From Macrostomum lignano (lineage: Eukaryota), in NCBI GenBank assembly GCA_002269645.1, contig NIVC01002482.1, forward strand, positions 1-64,000: a stretch of DNA of 64,000 nucleotides. The letters are read 5' to 3'. Shown in pieces: positions 35,677-49,300 of the stretch; within the stretch, counting starts at the first letter, position 1, and every line of letters starts with the position of its first letter. The notes under the pieces were generated by a model. That model had not been told where the DNA came from, made no database searches, and was given only the letters and a program-made list of their open reading frames with translations. Both the position numbers and the translations under genes were made by a program.

Positions 35677-36849
35677 CCTGAGCTCGCGGGTCGAGTGACT
35701 AAAGAGTGATCGATGAATGACTAAAGAGTGACTATCAAATAAATGCTGGTTCTCAACTCTCTATTTACTGAATGACCTCGTATTTTGTATATTATTTTCA
35801 TTTCTGCATACTATAATCTAATTTACTGTTTAATATTCATGTAGATAATATGCGTTTCGGCATTTTCGCCAGAAGATTTCGTCCATTTGGTCGTCCCACA
35901 GTCGGTAAACTCTCCCCCGCTACCCCTTTCTTTGCAAACGAATTTTTGTTGCAACTCTTTCTTGCAAATAATAAAGGAGGCTAAGTATACAGCGTATACA
36001 ACAGGGGGCTGCATCCCATGCAGCTTTTTTCCTCTGTTGTATTCACTTCCTTTGGTTTCTTAGAATTTCATGCTTATCTCCGTACTTTTTTTTCAAGTCC
36101 TTTGTTTCCGAATGCTGCCTGGCGAGAGTTATCCCACGGAGACAGTCCTGTGGGAGCGCCAGCAGCAGGTTAGAGAGGGGGGGTGCAGGTTCGCTGATGT
36201 TTGCACATTGTTAGCCTTGCGGAGGGCCTCTCCAAACTATGCAGTTGCTGCTGCTGCTGCCCGCCCTTCTAGGCTTGACGAATTCAGCCAAATTTCTCTT
36301 CTAATTCGTCTGACTGGCAGCAGCAGCCTCAAGCCGGGACAAAGCGGCCTGAAAGACTGACAGGGCGTTGCCTCTGCTGCCAGTAATCAATGAGCAACGA
36401 GCAAAAGTAGCAATTTTAATGCTTTTACTGCAGCTTCGCGCTCAGAGTTGCGCTCAGCGGAGTTGCACAAAAATGCGACATCCCGGAGGCTAGAACTTAT
36501 CCTAAAGCCAAAGCTTAAGTCTTTCCGGTGGCAAGTTGACCCAGATGGGAGAAGGCTGAGCAAGCCTAAAATGGCGGGCACTGGGGATTTTGTGAGAGTA
36601 GTTTAGATGCAAAGCTCCCTTTGCTTCTTAGCACTCGAGATCGTAAGTTTCTTTCCGGTGATCGTGCCCTGCCTACCAACTGCGCTAACAAGTGAGATGA
36701 ATAATTATGAGCTTTATTTGAACTTGGCCCAGCCTCTCGCCTCTGCCGCAATAAACTGCTGCGACTGGAATACATTGAATTTTAACTAATACTGAGCTGA
36801 AAAGTGGGACAGAGGAACTTCTGGCGTATGCTTGCTTATGACTGGCGGA

Positions 36850-37255
36850 TTCTTGGTTGTGACTGACGGATTATTGTTTGGGACTGATGGATTGTTGGGA
36901 CTGACGGATTCTTGGTTGTGACTGACGGATTATTGTTTGGGACTGATGGATTGTTGGGACTGACGGATGCTTGGTTGGGACTGACGGATTATTGTTTGGA
37001 CTGACGGATTATTGTTTGGGACTGACAGGTTATTGTTTGGGACTGACAGGTTATTGTTTGGGACTGACAGGTTATTGTTTGGGACTGACAGGTTATTGTT
37101 TGGGACTGACAGGTTATTGTTTGGGACTGACAGGTTATTGTTTGGGACTGACAGGTTATTGTTTGGGACTGACGGATTATTGTTTGGGACTGACAGGTTA
37201 TTGTTTGGGATGACAGGTTATTGTTTGGTACTAACGGATGCTTGGTTGGGACTGA
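36850..37255. repeat. 21-bp minisatellite (gggactgacaggttattgttt)
   Basis: Tandem units, 7-aa period in the ORF track. Confidence 0.95.
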
Positions 37256-38443
37256 CTGGTTGGCAAGAGGGATGCTCACATCGCATCATTTGCGTTGATG
37301 ATTTATTGCAGCCATAACTGTGTATGCCGGGAGAATGCATTGGAAAATTTATTCAAGTTTTGTTATTGTTGCCTGCAACAGCCGATCAGTTCTGAGCCTG
37401 CACTAAAGAGTGAAACTCCGACTCCTTCACTAGCGGTTTCGTTAGTATTGAATTAAAAAAAATATGGCGCACGCTTAAAGCGCCCAGTTCATCGGAGCGT
37501 CCAGGCCAGAGTGAGACTAAGCTCAGAATTTGATCAGCATATTCGGGCAAAGCGCTCAGAAGTGAGGTGGCACGCAGCGTTTTGCAGCCGCATTCATCAT
37601 GCCTTGTCAAGTTTTGGCCCAAATACCGAAGACGGCGATAGAAGATGGATTTGTGCTTGAATGAAGGGGGGAGTAAAGGGGAAGAAAGGGAGATCGGCTT
37701 GCGGTTGAAGAACTTCAATCTGAAACTTTTCTCTCGCAGAACTTTTCTGAGCGAATTTATTTTTCTGCATGAATTTTCTTGGCTCTCAAAAATTTTGCCT
37801 TTTGTTTCCTACCTTATTTAGAAGTTTTATTATGAGAATAATGACTCAAGCCTGGACCTGCTCTGCTGTGCGGGAAAGGCAAGCTAATTTGTCTTTTAGT
37901 TTGCCTTTCCCATCAAATTTTTTCTGTTCGCAATGAGATAATTTTGTCGCTACTCCAAGTGTCTCTAAACTTGGCGACATTTGTCTCTCTTCTCTAGCTA
38001 GCAGGTAAACAGTGAGAGGGTCTTTTGTTTAAGAAGACTCAAGGCTGCAGCAAGAAATTGATGAGAACAAAACCCGAGGAGCTGCTGGAGTGGCAGCTGA
38101 CAAACTGCAGCTGCAGTTAGACTGAGTGTTTCTAAATACGGATATTTGCTCCAAAGAAAGTCTTGGCTAGTTATTTTTCACCAGCTGTTTTGGTGGTAGG
38201 GGAACCCAGGTATGTTGCTAGGAATGCTATGAGGAGTACCTGAGTGCGTGTCAGCCAGATTTTCACTCGCGGTTGATTGGCTTCTTGGCTCGCATGCTGA
38301 TTGGCTGGAAGCGATGCGGAGAAACAGGGGTTATCCGTACCATGTCAGTCTTCCCCCACCCGAAGGAACTTTAAGACACAGCTCTCTGTAGAGTCAAGAC
38401 TTCCAGTGAACCTGGTGGAAAGCGCAGCGAGAAGCTCTCAAAA

Positions 38444-39060
38444 ATGGTAAGAAACTCGCAATCGTGCAATAAGATTTGACATAGTGACCAGGGACTTTTT
38501 TGGTCTCGGCTAGGTTCCAATTGCAAATACCTATCGTTAACTTTCAGGTAAAGCTGGCTAAGATTCTCCTACTAATTGCCGCATCCTTGGTGGGTTTCGG
38601 TTTCGCCTGTGATAACTGCGACAAGCCATCGAATCAGGATGTAGACAAGCGAGCGAGCTACATCCGCATGGGCAAACGTCCCTTTGATGAAGCCGACAAG
38701 CGAGCGAGCTACATCCGCATGGGCAAACGTCCCTTTGATGAAGCCGACAAGCGAGCAAGCTACATCCGCATGGGCAAGCGTCCCTTTGATGAAGCCGACA
38801 AGCGAGCAAGCTACATCCGCATGGGCAAGCGAGCAAGCTACATCCGCATGGGCAAACGTCCCTTTGATGAAGCTGACAAGCGAGCGAGCTACATCCGCAT
38901 GGGCAAGCGTCCCTTTGATGAAGCCGACAAACGAGCAAGCTACATCCGCATGGGCAAGCGAGCAAGCTACATCCGCATGGGCAAACGTCCCTTTGATGAA
39001 GCCGACAAACGAGCGAGCTACATCCGCATGGGCAAGCGGTTTTTCAGCAATGATGACTGA
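38444..39060 (+). CDS. Neuropeptide precursor, 171 aa: signal peptide, 9x ASYIRM-amide, 6x PFDEAD spacers
   Basis: ATG-only coding exon 38444-38446 (ATG|gtaaga), then exon 38548-39060 (acceptor ctttcag). MVKLAKILLLIAASLVGFGFA signal peptide; each ASYIRMG is flanked by KR dibasic sites, with Gly as amide donor. Confidence 0.95.
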
Positions 39061-42000
39061 CTTTCAGTTTGAAAACACGCAGTCAAGCATTCTCAGTTGA
39101 TCAAACAGAAGTCACCCCAATTCGATTGTAACTTTCGCATGGCAAATTGAAACCGAGATGACACCCCAAGCATGAAAAGGAAATTCTGTACCAGAAAGTG
39201 TTACAATTTCCTGGAGACAGGCATTTCAACTCGCAAATATACAATGGCTCGTTAGTCCGTAAACCCAGAGCCGCAGGCAAAGCAGTTTTTACTTATATTT
39301 CCTTTCATTTCTTTCACCAGCAGCTTTTTACTGGTGCAGCGGAGGCGGTTTACTTTAAAAAAACTGTCTTAAAACCCGTTCACGAATCGCTACCCGAGGT
39401 CTAGCAGCAGTAAGTGAAGAAAAAACAGTCATCTACATGTAGCGGAGCTGTTGAGAAGCAGTTCAGAACAGAACCCGCCTCGGGCCGCTTCGTCATCGAC
39501 TATTGAGTACAGGAGTTGAAAGGCGACGCTTCGTGTAAGACGAATTCCAAACCGCGTCCTTGTCTTGCCCAGCGCGCCGACGGGAGGCCAGGGGAAAGCA
39601 GTCTGACAGAACAGAATCCTCTTCGGCGTGAAATACGATCCCTTTTTCGTCTGGCTTGGCCAGGCCGGATGCAAATTCTGAATAGCTCGTAGAAAAGAAG
39701 CGACTCCTGAAAACACTGTACAGCGGACAGAATTTAACGGCGTGGTTCGATTAGGCGCAGTAGTGCTTTAAGCTAAGCCAGAACGATGGTGCAAACAGTG
39801 GAGTCTGCTACAGTTAACCTCTGAACAGCATCTGCAACAGCTGCATGGTAACTAACTTCATGTCGAAAGTCCGTTTGCTGCAATCCCCTGCGTCATTTCA
39901 TTACATGCCGTCTCGCTGCCTCGAGTATGTTTTTCTCAGTACCTACCCGTCTTCAATGTCTACCTGCATGTCTTATTGTCTGTCCGTCTGCCCGTCCCTC
40001 TGTTTGTCTTTCCAGCCATTCAATTATTCGGTCGCTATGCTCCTTTCGTTTCTCCTCGGCCTGTCCGATTCATCTGAGTCGGCATAGCAGCTAGCGGGAA
40101 GGGGTCAGCTTCTCTGCGCCAATGCCTGGAAATGAACTAAAAATCGATAACTCTCCCCTGCAGACGAAGCAGAAATCGACTAGAAAGCTCCCTAAAAAAC
40201 GCTAGTCTGCTTAAATTTTCGATAATCAGCTAAAAATTGTTCACAAGGTCATCGCGCTTCAAAAATACGAGTTAATGAGCGAATAATATTTCAAGACCTG
40301 AAGCCGACGGCAGTTGCGTAAAAGTACAGAGTGAAACAGCAGCTCATCAAGGCAGTTTTGATTCTGGAAACGATTTGGATTTGGATTTGTTGGTGACTAA
40401 GCGTAAACAGGCTCAGCCAGCAGCTGACCTCCCTTGACCCATTGGGTCTGATGTAATGTTTGTCCGTTTTGTCTATGGTTGCGCGCACTTCTACTTGTAA
40501 AAGTGCACGTCGTATTTACCACAGTAATAGCGGTGGATATTCTCCAGCATGCACTGTCAGTAAGAACAAAGCAAAGTACACGGGGACACTTTGCCATTAG
40601 TCGTTGAGTATTTTGCTGCAGTTCCTTCCTTTAGCAACTAATTGGCTTGCAAATTAATTTAGTGGACTCAATTTATCGTACCTGCCTCCCGTGTGCCACT
40701 CAGGTATATTATTTCGTTCTATCTTGCCCACTTATGTTACTCGGTGAGTTTGGTGTCTATCATCTATTCGCTTCGATCTTAAGAATGACACGCGCAAACT
40801 TGTGTACGTGAGATCTTTAGGGTCCGATTACAGGATTACGAGGCTTTAACTAGAGAGCTCAATCTTTATAGTAGTAATATATATTAGATAATTGGGGATC
40901 GTTTGCTGTCCAGATTTGGCTGCTTATAAAGCAGAAATCAAGCAATAAGATCTTGACGAATAGCATTTTCAAAGGCTGATGCTTGTAATTTAACAGACCG
41001 CGTTCAACGATATTGCTTCAAGATATGGGCTGCCGATTGCATCAAAGCAAGCCATTTTTTCTTGTCTAAAATCATTCAGCATAGCATTCTAGTCTACAGT
41101 GCAAGCTAGCTGCCATAAGTCTGAACTGAATATAAAAAATACGAACAAGCTTTGAACTGAATTTCCTATCTTCCCTTTTGTCTCCGCGAGGTGTGGAACC
41201 TTGGTGATTATCGTGACTTGCACCTTCTGTGTCTCGCCATATTTATTGCCTCTATAGTTCTCGGCCGCAGTTCTCGCTTGTTGCTCTCTTGGTTTTGTAT
41301 TTTTGAGCTCCTGTGTTGTCTCTGCTGGTTTACGTTGTGTGTTGGTGTTGCTGTCTTCTCGCATGTCCTTTACGGTGTTGTGCCGCATTCGTCTTTCTAG
41401 TCTTTGAACTAACAATGCAAAAGCACACGGCACTGTCTGCATCCGACCGTGCATGCCCTTTGATAAATTTCTAAGGAAGCAAGCACCGTTCAAGCGTCTG
41501 AGCAGTGGCGAATGTATAAAAGAAACGTCTTGCCGAACTGCGATGCAATATACGAGTGGAGACTGACTCCTGTGCAAGTATATGGGAATTTAGACTTAAC
41601 AGGGAATTACACTATTTGTTGGTTCATCTTACAAGTTCTGATTGTAATTTCTCAGTAGTCCAAGGCTGAGATTGCGGCCCAAATTTTAAAACAGACGCCA
41701 AATACTCTCGACCTGACCAAGGGTCAAGCAACCTCCATCTCTGCGTGTTGGCAAACAGACGCGACTCCCTGGCTCAAATTACAATTACAATTGCGGCACG
41801 GTCGAATCGTGCTCAACACTTGGAGCTAGTCCAATTTCACCCAAAGTCACCGCCGCCTGGCAGGCTCTTGTACTCACAGTGTGACGTCATGCGATATCTC
41901 GAAGTCGGCGGCGCGCGTGTTAGGAATGCATGCAGCTTGATTAAAACAAACATAAAAGCAATTTAAATCCGGACCCAAAGGAGGCGCTGGAGTGCTGCAC

Positions 42001-44707
42001 TGACGGGTCGTGCTATTGATTGGCAGTAGCAGCGTGCGACGGGGTTCGTAGGTCTGAGTAGTTCTTAGTAAAGCCATGCAGAGATGCAGGACTCCGCACC
42101 TGCACCTGGATGTAGGGCGCGCTTTCAGAAAAAGCAAATAATAAAATCCGTCACTAAAGGCAGTATAGAAAACTGGAAACTTCTTAGGCATACATATATA
42201 CAACATGTAGGATTTTTGCATGGTAAGAAATTTTCAGTTTCTAGTACTTTAACTGACCATTCTCTCTGCACCTAAATGTACTAGACCGTCCGTTTTGCAA
42301 GGATGTCTTTTTGTCCGGAGTAGATTCACATGTACAGTATTTCTAGATAGAAGCTGTAAAAAATAGAAACAAGAAACACGCAAAATTCTCGCTTGTTCTA
42401 TTCCGCTATAAGCGGATGAAATTGCTAAAATTTAAATCTATGATTTGTTTTAAAGTATAATTTGATACTGGACAAAAAATTTTTTTCTCAACATCGTCAG
42501 ATCGTCAAATCCAGTCAGATCATGCAGTTTAGCAGATTTAAATACATTCGTACAGTATGGTTATGTATGGCCAGGTCACCAACCCTGTCCTTGCTGGATT
42601 TCGATTTCAATTATCAATCTGGATGGACATTCTAGACGGGGGGCGGGGGCCATGGCCAAGTGGGGGCATCATGGTACCTGGTCCGCCACTTTTAAAACGT
42701 TCCGACACCTGATCAGGGAAGGATTAGACTTTATTGTTTTATATAACATTTCTTTGCATTATTCGCCGTTATTGGGCGAAAAATATTTTGTTTGTTTCAA
42801 TGTTAATCATCTTAATTGCTTTACGTTTTTTACAGAATTTTATTTCATTTCCGCATTTAACTCGCTTTTTTACGCAAATGCACTGACTTAGCCTTAACTA
42901 CAGCACTCTGAGTATAAGAAGGCTTTATGCAGCTACAATTCCTTTTTCTTCGCAAAAATGGAACGCATGCAGTAGCTCAATCTAATTACAAGGAAAAAAA
43001 ACGCTTGAAAAGAAAAACAGCTTCTTACTAATTACCTCGGAGCTGGATTTGATTTTCAGAATTCAAATAAAACTATAAGAGCAACATGCCCCTGATCCAG
43101 AAGTACATGTATGGGCATTCGAGTTTTACTTTACTTTTCAATTCTCTTTTTGAAAGCTAACTTAATGCTATTTACTAAAAACTAAATACAGTATCTAAAT
43201 AATACATTGTACATGTACATGCATGTGTAATTGCTAAAAATCGAGCTAAATCTTTCCCATCAAAAGCAATTGCGCCAGATCAGAAATCCATAAACGTTTT
43301 ACAGGTATCAAAGATCTACATGTACGCGTACACCTGTACAAGAAACGACGCCTCCATGCTGTATTCCCTGATCAGAACTATATGCGTAAGAAGTAGTAGC
43401 CCCTACTTTTTTATTGGATGCTTCGCCAATGCGACACTGGGCTATTTTTGCGTTTACCTCCTCTACTCTCTACTTTGTCAGTAGAGGAATGCTAACACTC
43501 CACCCACACTTATTGTAAGCACTGGAAAAGTGCAGCTTACATCGCAGCGACCCTGCGACCTCTGTCGAGTCTCGACCGGGGCTGCCCGAGCAAATCAGCT
43601 CTAGACTGGTTAATTGGCCTCAAGGCCCAGGGGGGACAATAGCGAAGCTAAGTTTTGAGGGCCGCGCCAGCAGCCTGCGGGCGCGTGGCACAGAAGACTC
43701 GCAGCAAATGCTTTGGGGGGTTTGGGGGGAGAGAAACTGCCCTGCCATGCTCAAGCTATTTTTTGTTCTGCATTGTGTCTATGCGTTCTCGTTGAATATT
43801 AAATACACTGCCTTGAATAATATTCGGCACGGAGAATTCTGATATTTGAGCCTTACGCTCATGCCAGGGCCTTTTGGAGGCAAGTATGCTTGTAAGTCTC
43901 AAGCAGAAGATCTATAACAGGAAAAAACTTGGCTGTTAATTACAATAGGCAAGAGTTTTAACATTTGACAGCTACAGCTAGTATTATTTTTGGACCATGA
44001 TCTGCGATCGCTGGCCAGCAGCTAGAGTCGAACTTGGCTTTGGATTTTGTTCGCAGTTTTAAAATTGCCTTTAAATTCTATTTTTGTCTATTCTCTAAAA
44101 AACACCGTAAAGGCTCAGCCACTAATTCCCAACCCAAACTGAAGTACAAGGAAGTGAGAGAGAGAGAGAGAGATGTGCAAGTCGATCACACATAATGGGC
44201 CTCCCGGTCTTAATCATATGAAGAATGAAGAGCCTTACAGTGGTATAAGTGAACCTTAACAAAAAGCGTAATATCACCGGCGTCATCGCAGTAATAGAAT
44301 GGCAACAATTTAACTTATGAAAATATTTAGAAATCGAGGCTGGACTCGGGTCGACCCTTTCGGCAAATCATACATTCTGAGCACCATTGCTTTTGTCGTT
44401 TTGAAGTTTTGATAAGGCCAAACAGATAAATATAGTCTTGAATCTGAATGACTTTTTCTTACATATATTGTTTAAATTTCGATTGAAAATATAGATCGAA
44501 TATTTTTGATTCATAAAGTGTATAGAAAGCAAGTGGCAAGTGATAAGTCAAGCCCAAGGTAACAATAACAAATAATTCTAGCCTGCTAATGCTATAACAG
44601 TAACAGCAGCAGTAAAATGAAAGAAAGTTGTTTAAAGCTTACTCGCATTCTTCTAGTAATTTTCAATGTAATTTTCGTGGTAAGTAACAATTTTAACCTG
44701 TAACTTT

Positions 44708-44967
44708 GGGCCTTTTCATATTACCAATTCCAGAACCAGAATCGGTTCGGAATTCCAAGAAAAACAGCAGTATAACTATTAAACTCTGTTAATATTTGAC
44801 TGCCTTAACAGCCTCACTTTGCACGATTTTTTACTTTCTTCTTGGCGATTGTCATTCAATAATAAAAACTTTATAGCACGTATCTCCCTCTAATTATGGA
44901 GACAAAAAGTTATACTTCACAAATTGGTTCTGGTTCTGGAACCAGAACAAGTAATATGAAAAGGCCC
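44708..44967. mobile_element. MITE, possibly PIF/Harbinger-type
   Basis: Perfect 17-bp TIR GGGCCTTTTCATATTAC / GTAATATGAAAAGGCCC, subterminal ccagaaccag repeats, flanked by TTT on both sides (possible 3-bp TSD). Confidence 0.65.
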
Positions 44968-46395
44968 TTTAACTTGTCCTATACTATTCCTAGTGGCTGG
45001 GATTATTTAAAGGAGATCTAGTGGTAGTCATTAACTGATTAAATACTTTTTGGGTGTATTTTAATAATTTGTATACAAATTTAAGTTTTTGTTTATACTT
45101 TGACTTGTTATTTTGAAATGTTATTTTGCTGCTAAATAATTACATAAACACAAAAACTTATTTGTTTAAAAGGTTGTTTTTCTATTTTTCTTTAATTAAC
45201 AATTTTTAGCTATTTCTAGTCAATATGATAAATAAAAGTTCAAAATTATTATTTCCTTTTTTTGATTTTTTCTTTACAAAAACTTTGCAACACATTTATA
45301 GAGATTTTAGTGACTTAGGAACTGTTGCTAATTAAACAGTATTTTTATCTTCAATATAAATTTAAAATAAAAATAAATTTGTTTTAAAAAATTGATAAAT
45401 GCCTAATATTTGGTTATATTTATAATAGGCCTCCAGTTTTTATAACAATTTCTTAGAAAAAGTTGCATTTCAAAAAATGTACTACTGTTGTTATACTATG
45501 CAAATATTAAAAATATTTCTTATATGCAAAATATTCTAAATATTCTATGTATTAATACTTTGTTTTAAATACTAGGGAAATTTTACTATACATAGGAGTC
45601 AGCTGGGAGGAAAAATAAATAACCTTGTGAACCTTTTCTTGTACCATTGTTTCGAACATTGATCAAGCTTTAAATCAGCCTTGGGCTTGTGATCACTCAT
45701 GTTACTTATTTCAAGTAGTGGATAGTGACATAGGAGTTGCCCCAAGATTGGGAGTTCAGTCCGTTCTCAGAGAATGAGAAATCCTAGACTTAGGAGTCTA
45801 GTAACCCACCTTTAGAAGGCAGAATTCCTACCACAGGGTAGAGAAATCCAGGCTTAGAGTCTGAGAAACCTGCCTCAGGGCAGAATACCCAGCAAAGTGC
45901 ACTGTGACCCTCTGATCCCGGGAACACCCAGGACTGAGAATAATATCTTTAGAGGAGTATACGAATATGATAGACAGTGCCTAAAAGACCACTCAGGCCA
46001 GAAAGTACAATAGAAGTACAGATGCTACCAATAGAGGTACATACGCTACCAATAGAAGTACAGATGCTACCAATAGAAGTACATGCACTACTAGTAAAAG
46101 GCAAGTAATAACTAGCAATATTAACAAGAAGGAATAACCCCTGTAACAACTTTGGTGGCAGCTTTAGGACAGTCAATAATAGGAATTAGAAAAGTAGCCC
46201 TACAACAGCTAGTGGCTAACCGGTGGGATCATTCATAAAGACAGAAGAAACCCCCCACTACAACATATAAAAGTATAAATTCTTGTATAGTAAAATAATT
46301 TAATATAAATGAGCATAATTAAAAATGAAAGTATGTTTTTTATTTGCTTTAATATCATTGGTTTTAATTTGTTAAACCCTAACCTCTATTCATAG

Positions 46396-49300
46396 GTAAT
46401 TGGCAGTGGCCTGTGTGGTGCAGCAATCTATGTGGTGCTGGCTGAACCACCATTCAGCAAAGAGGTGCCAGCTATAGCCAAGTATGTGTGCATTGGCCTG
46501 CACGGCTGCCTTGGACTGGCTGGCCTGTTGGGAGTCTGCACTGCTGTCTGGCCTAAGAAATGCATGCTGGCAAGCTTTGTACCAATCATGATTGCCACCT
46601 ATGCCAGCCACCTGGCACTGGCCGCTTCCCTGATAGTCAATTCTGCTCTGGTAATGCAACTCCTCACTGATTTATTTGCATTTGTCTTTTCTGTCTATGC
46701 CTAGGGAAATAGCTGGGGACATTACCCAGTGGCTTCTTGCCGAGCTTTATTAACACTGCTCACAGGTGGAGTTGCTGAGATGGGAGATGCCAATGCTCAC
46801 AGGTGGAGTTGCTGAGATGCCAATGCTCACGGCTGGAGTTGCTGAGATGCCAATGCTCACGGCTGGAGTTGCTGAGATGCCAATGCTCACGGGTGGAGTT
46901 GCTGAGATGCCAATGCTCACGGCTGGAGTTGCTGAGATGCCAATGCTCACAGGTGGAGTTGCTGAGATGCCAATGCTCACGGCTGGAGTTGCTGAGATGC
47001 CAAGGCTCACAGGTGGAGTTGCTGAGATGCCAAGGCTCACGGGTGGAGTTGCTGAGATGCCAATGCTCACAGGTGGAGTTGCTGAGATGCCAATGCTCAC
47101 GGCTGGAGTTGCTGAGATGCCAAGGCTCACGGGTGAAGTTGCTGATGCCAAGGCTCACGGCTGGAGTTACTGCGATGCCAATGCTCACAGGTGGAGTTGC
47201 TGAGATGCCAATGCTCACGGCTGGAGTTGCTGAGATGCCAAGGCTCACGGCTGGAGTTACTGCGATGCCAAGGCTCACGGCTGGAGTTACTGCGATGCCA
47301 ATGCTCACGGGTGAAGTTGCTGATGCCAATGCTCACGGGTGAAGTTGCTGAGATGCCAAGGGTCAAAGGGGATGCTAGTATCTGACGTTAGAAAACTCCC
47401 TTCTACGGGTCATATTTTTTCTGGACAAATGTTTTTATTTAATTTAACACACAGAAAATACTACTGAACAGTGTAAGTAGCTTATTTCTATCATACTAAA
47501 AATACAAATTCAGGTTAAAGAGACGATTGGCGAGTCCTTCGATACCTGGCAGCGCAACTATCAGTATAGTAATGATGGCAATGCTGGCCTAATGGACATC
47601 CTTCACAAGCGGGTTGGTTCTGTTATTTCTTGTTTCTTATTCTGATTTCTGCACACGGGGTCAAAAGTTTGACAATCAAGAAAATCTCTTATTTTTCAGT
47701 TTTACTGCTGCGGCGGTCAGTCCTACAGGGACTACAGAGGGGCCGCAGGCGGCGATACCCTGCAGATTCCTTGGTCCTGCTGCAACTCAGAGAAGCTGGG
47801 CCCTACAGAGTGCGAGCCCAAGCCGTACTCGCTGCCGTTTGAGCTGGCCTATGATAGGGTGAGCATTAGCTTAAGGTGCTGTAGATGACATTGTCCCACA
47901 ACTGGCGCTGATTCTGCCTATTCCTCATCTGACTCCTGGGCACACAAGCGCGCCAATGCTGTACGCAGGCGCGCACTCGCTCCCACAGGGTGTACAGCAG
48001 CCCCCTGACTTTCTAATCGTAAGGCCATGTACACTCTGTGCCTTGGGGGTTGGCCCTCATGGTGTGAATCGCCACTTGTTGCTAATAGTAGATTTTTTAT
48101 CCAAAACCAGTGGCAATTGCTAAACTTCAAATGGGGTTGTAGACGCGAGCTTAAATAGTACATAAGCTCAGATGCGACATGGCTATCCTCAATCGCTTTA
48201 TTCCAAGGCTGCCGTTCCGTTGTCATGGAAACTACCTGGCGCGCGATCCGCATCGGCCTATTCGTTTCTGTTGGCCTGACAGCGCTGGAGGTGAATTAAT
48301 TCGCTACTGAGTTTTCCGATTTTTCTACTTATAGTAATGTGAAATGTTTTAGCGGTGTGTTTGATAGCCAAGTAAGGGCGGGTTGTAGCCTAGTGGTTTG
48401 ACTTAGAGCGTCGGACTCACGACGAGGTCGAGGGTTCGATTCGTGACCCACTCGGAACAATTTGTGTCCTTGAGCAAGACGCCTAACTCTGCATTGCTTC
48501 AGTTCACCCAGCTGTAAAATGGGTGCCAGCATTAGATGGGGTTAATTGAGGAAGTGTGGCGACCACCCAGTCCTTGGACTGAACAGCCGTACGCAGCCTT
48601 CAGATGCGCCGCGCAATAGCTACGGCTGAGCTGTCGGTTGCACATCTGGCCCAAATAGGGCAGATGTAATTAATTTATAATATTATTATCCATATCCAGG
48701 GACGACTTTAATTAGAACTGGTATCACATAATGAGCAACATTTCACGCTACTATATAATAAGTAGGCTAATTGGCAAAGCATATTTGAATAGTCTCTGCC
48801 AGTTCTCAGAACCTTAATAATTGTGGCTGTGGATTTTGTATCAGTTTTCTTGGTAAGTTTTTCTACTTTCAGTTCAGTAGTAAGGAAGCATGCGTAAGCT
48901 ATTTCACGACACGAAAGGTAGTTGAGAGTGACTTATAGGCATAATGTACATTTGCCAGCGCCACTGATAATGTACATGGCAGTCAGCATTTGGCTGAAAC
49001 ACCGAGAAAGGCAATTAAATGGAGGCGGGCGGGGTAGAGGTTTCGTGCGGCAAGACGCGGTCGGGGAATTCAACCGGGGGGAGTTAAGAGGGCCAATAAA
49101 TGAGTCTTTTTAATGTACATAGCAGCTTTAGATATAGAACACCGAGAAAGGCAATTAAATGGAGGCGGGCAGGGTAGAGGTTTCGTGCGGCAAGACGCGG
49201 TCGGAGGGGTTCAGCTGGGGGAGGTGTAAGAGGGCTAATAAAACGACTTTTGCCCTAAAGTACGAATATTAAAGGTTTAGTTAGTTTACATGATTTAGTT

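Noticed and set aside
39400-41600. ORFs 39429-39716 and 41089-41577 and nearby acceptor-like sites
   Set aside because: No domain similarity recognised and no consistent exon chain.
41191-43830. Candidate first (TM1) exons for the tetraspanin (41191-41400, ATG|gtaaga at 42220, MLKLFFVL at about 43748)
   Set aside because: None combines a start codon, TM1-like sequence and a phase-0 donor.
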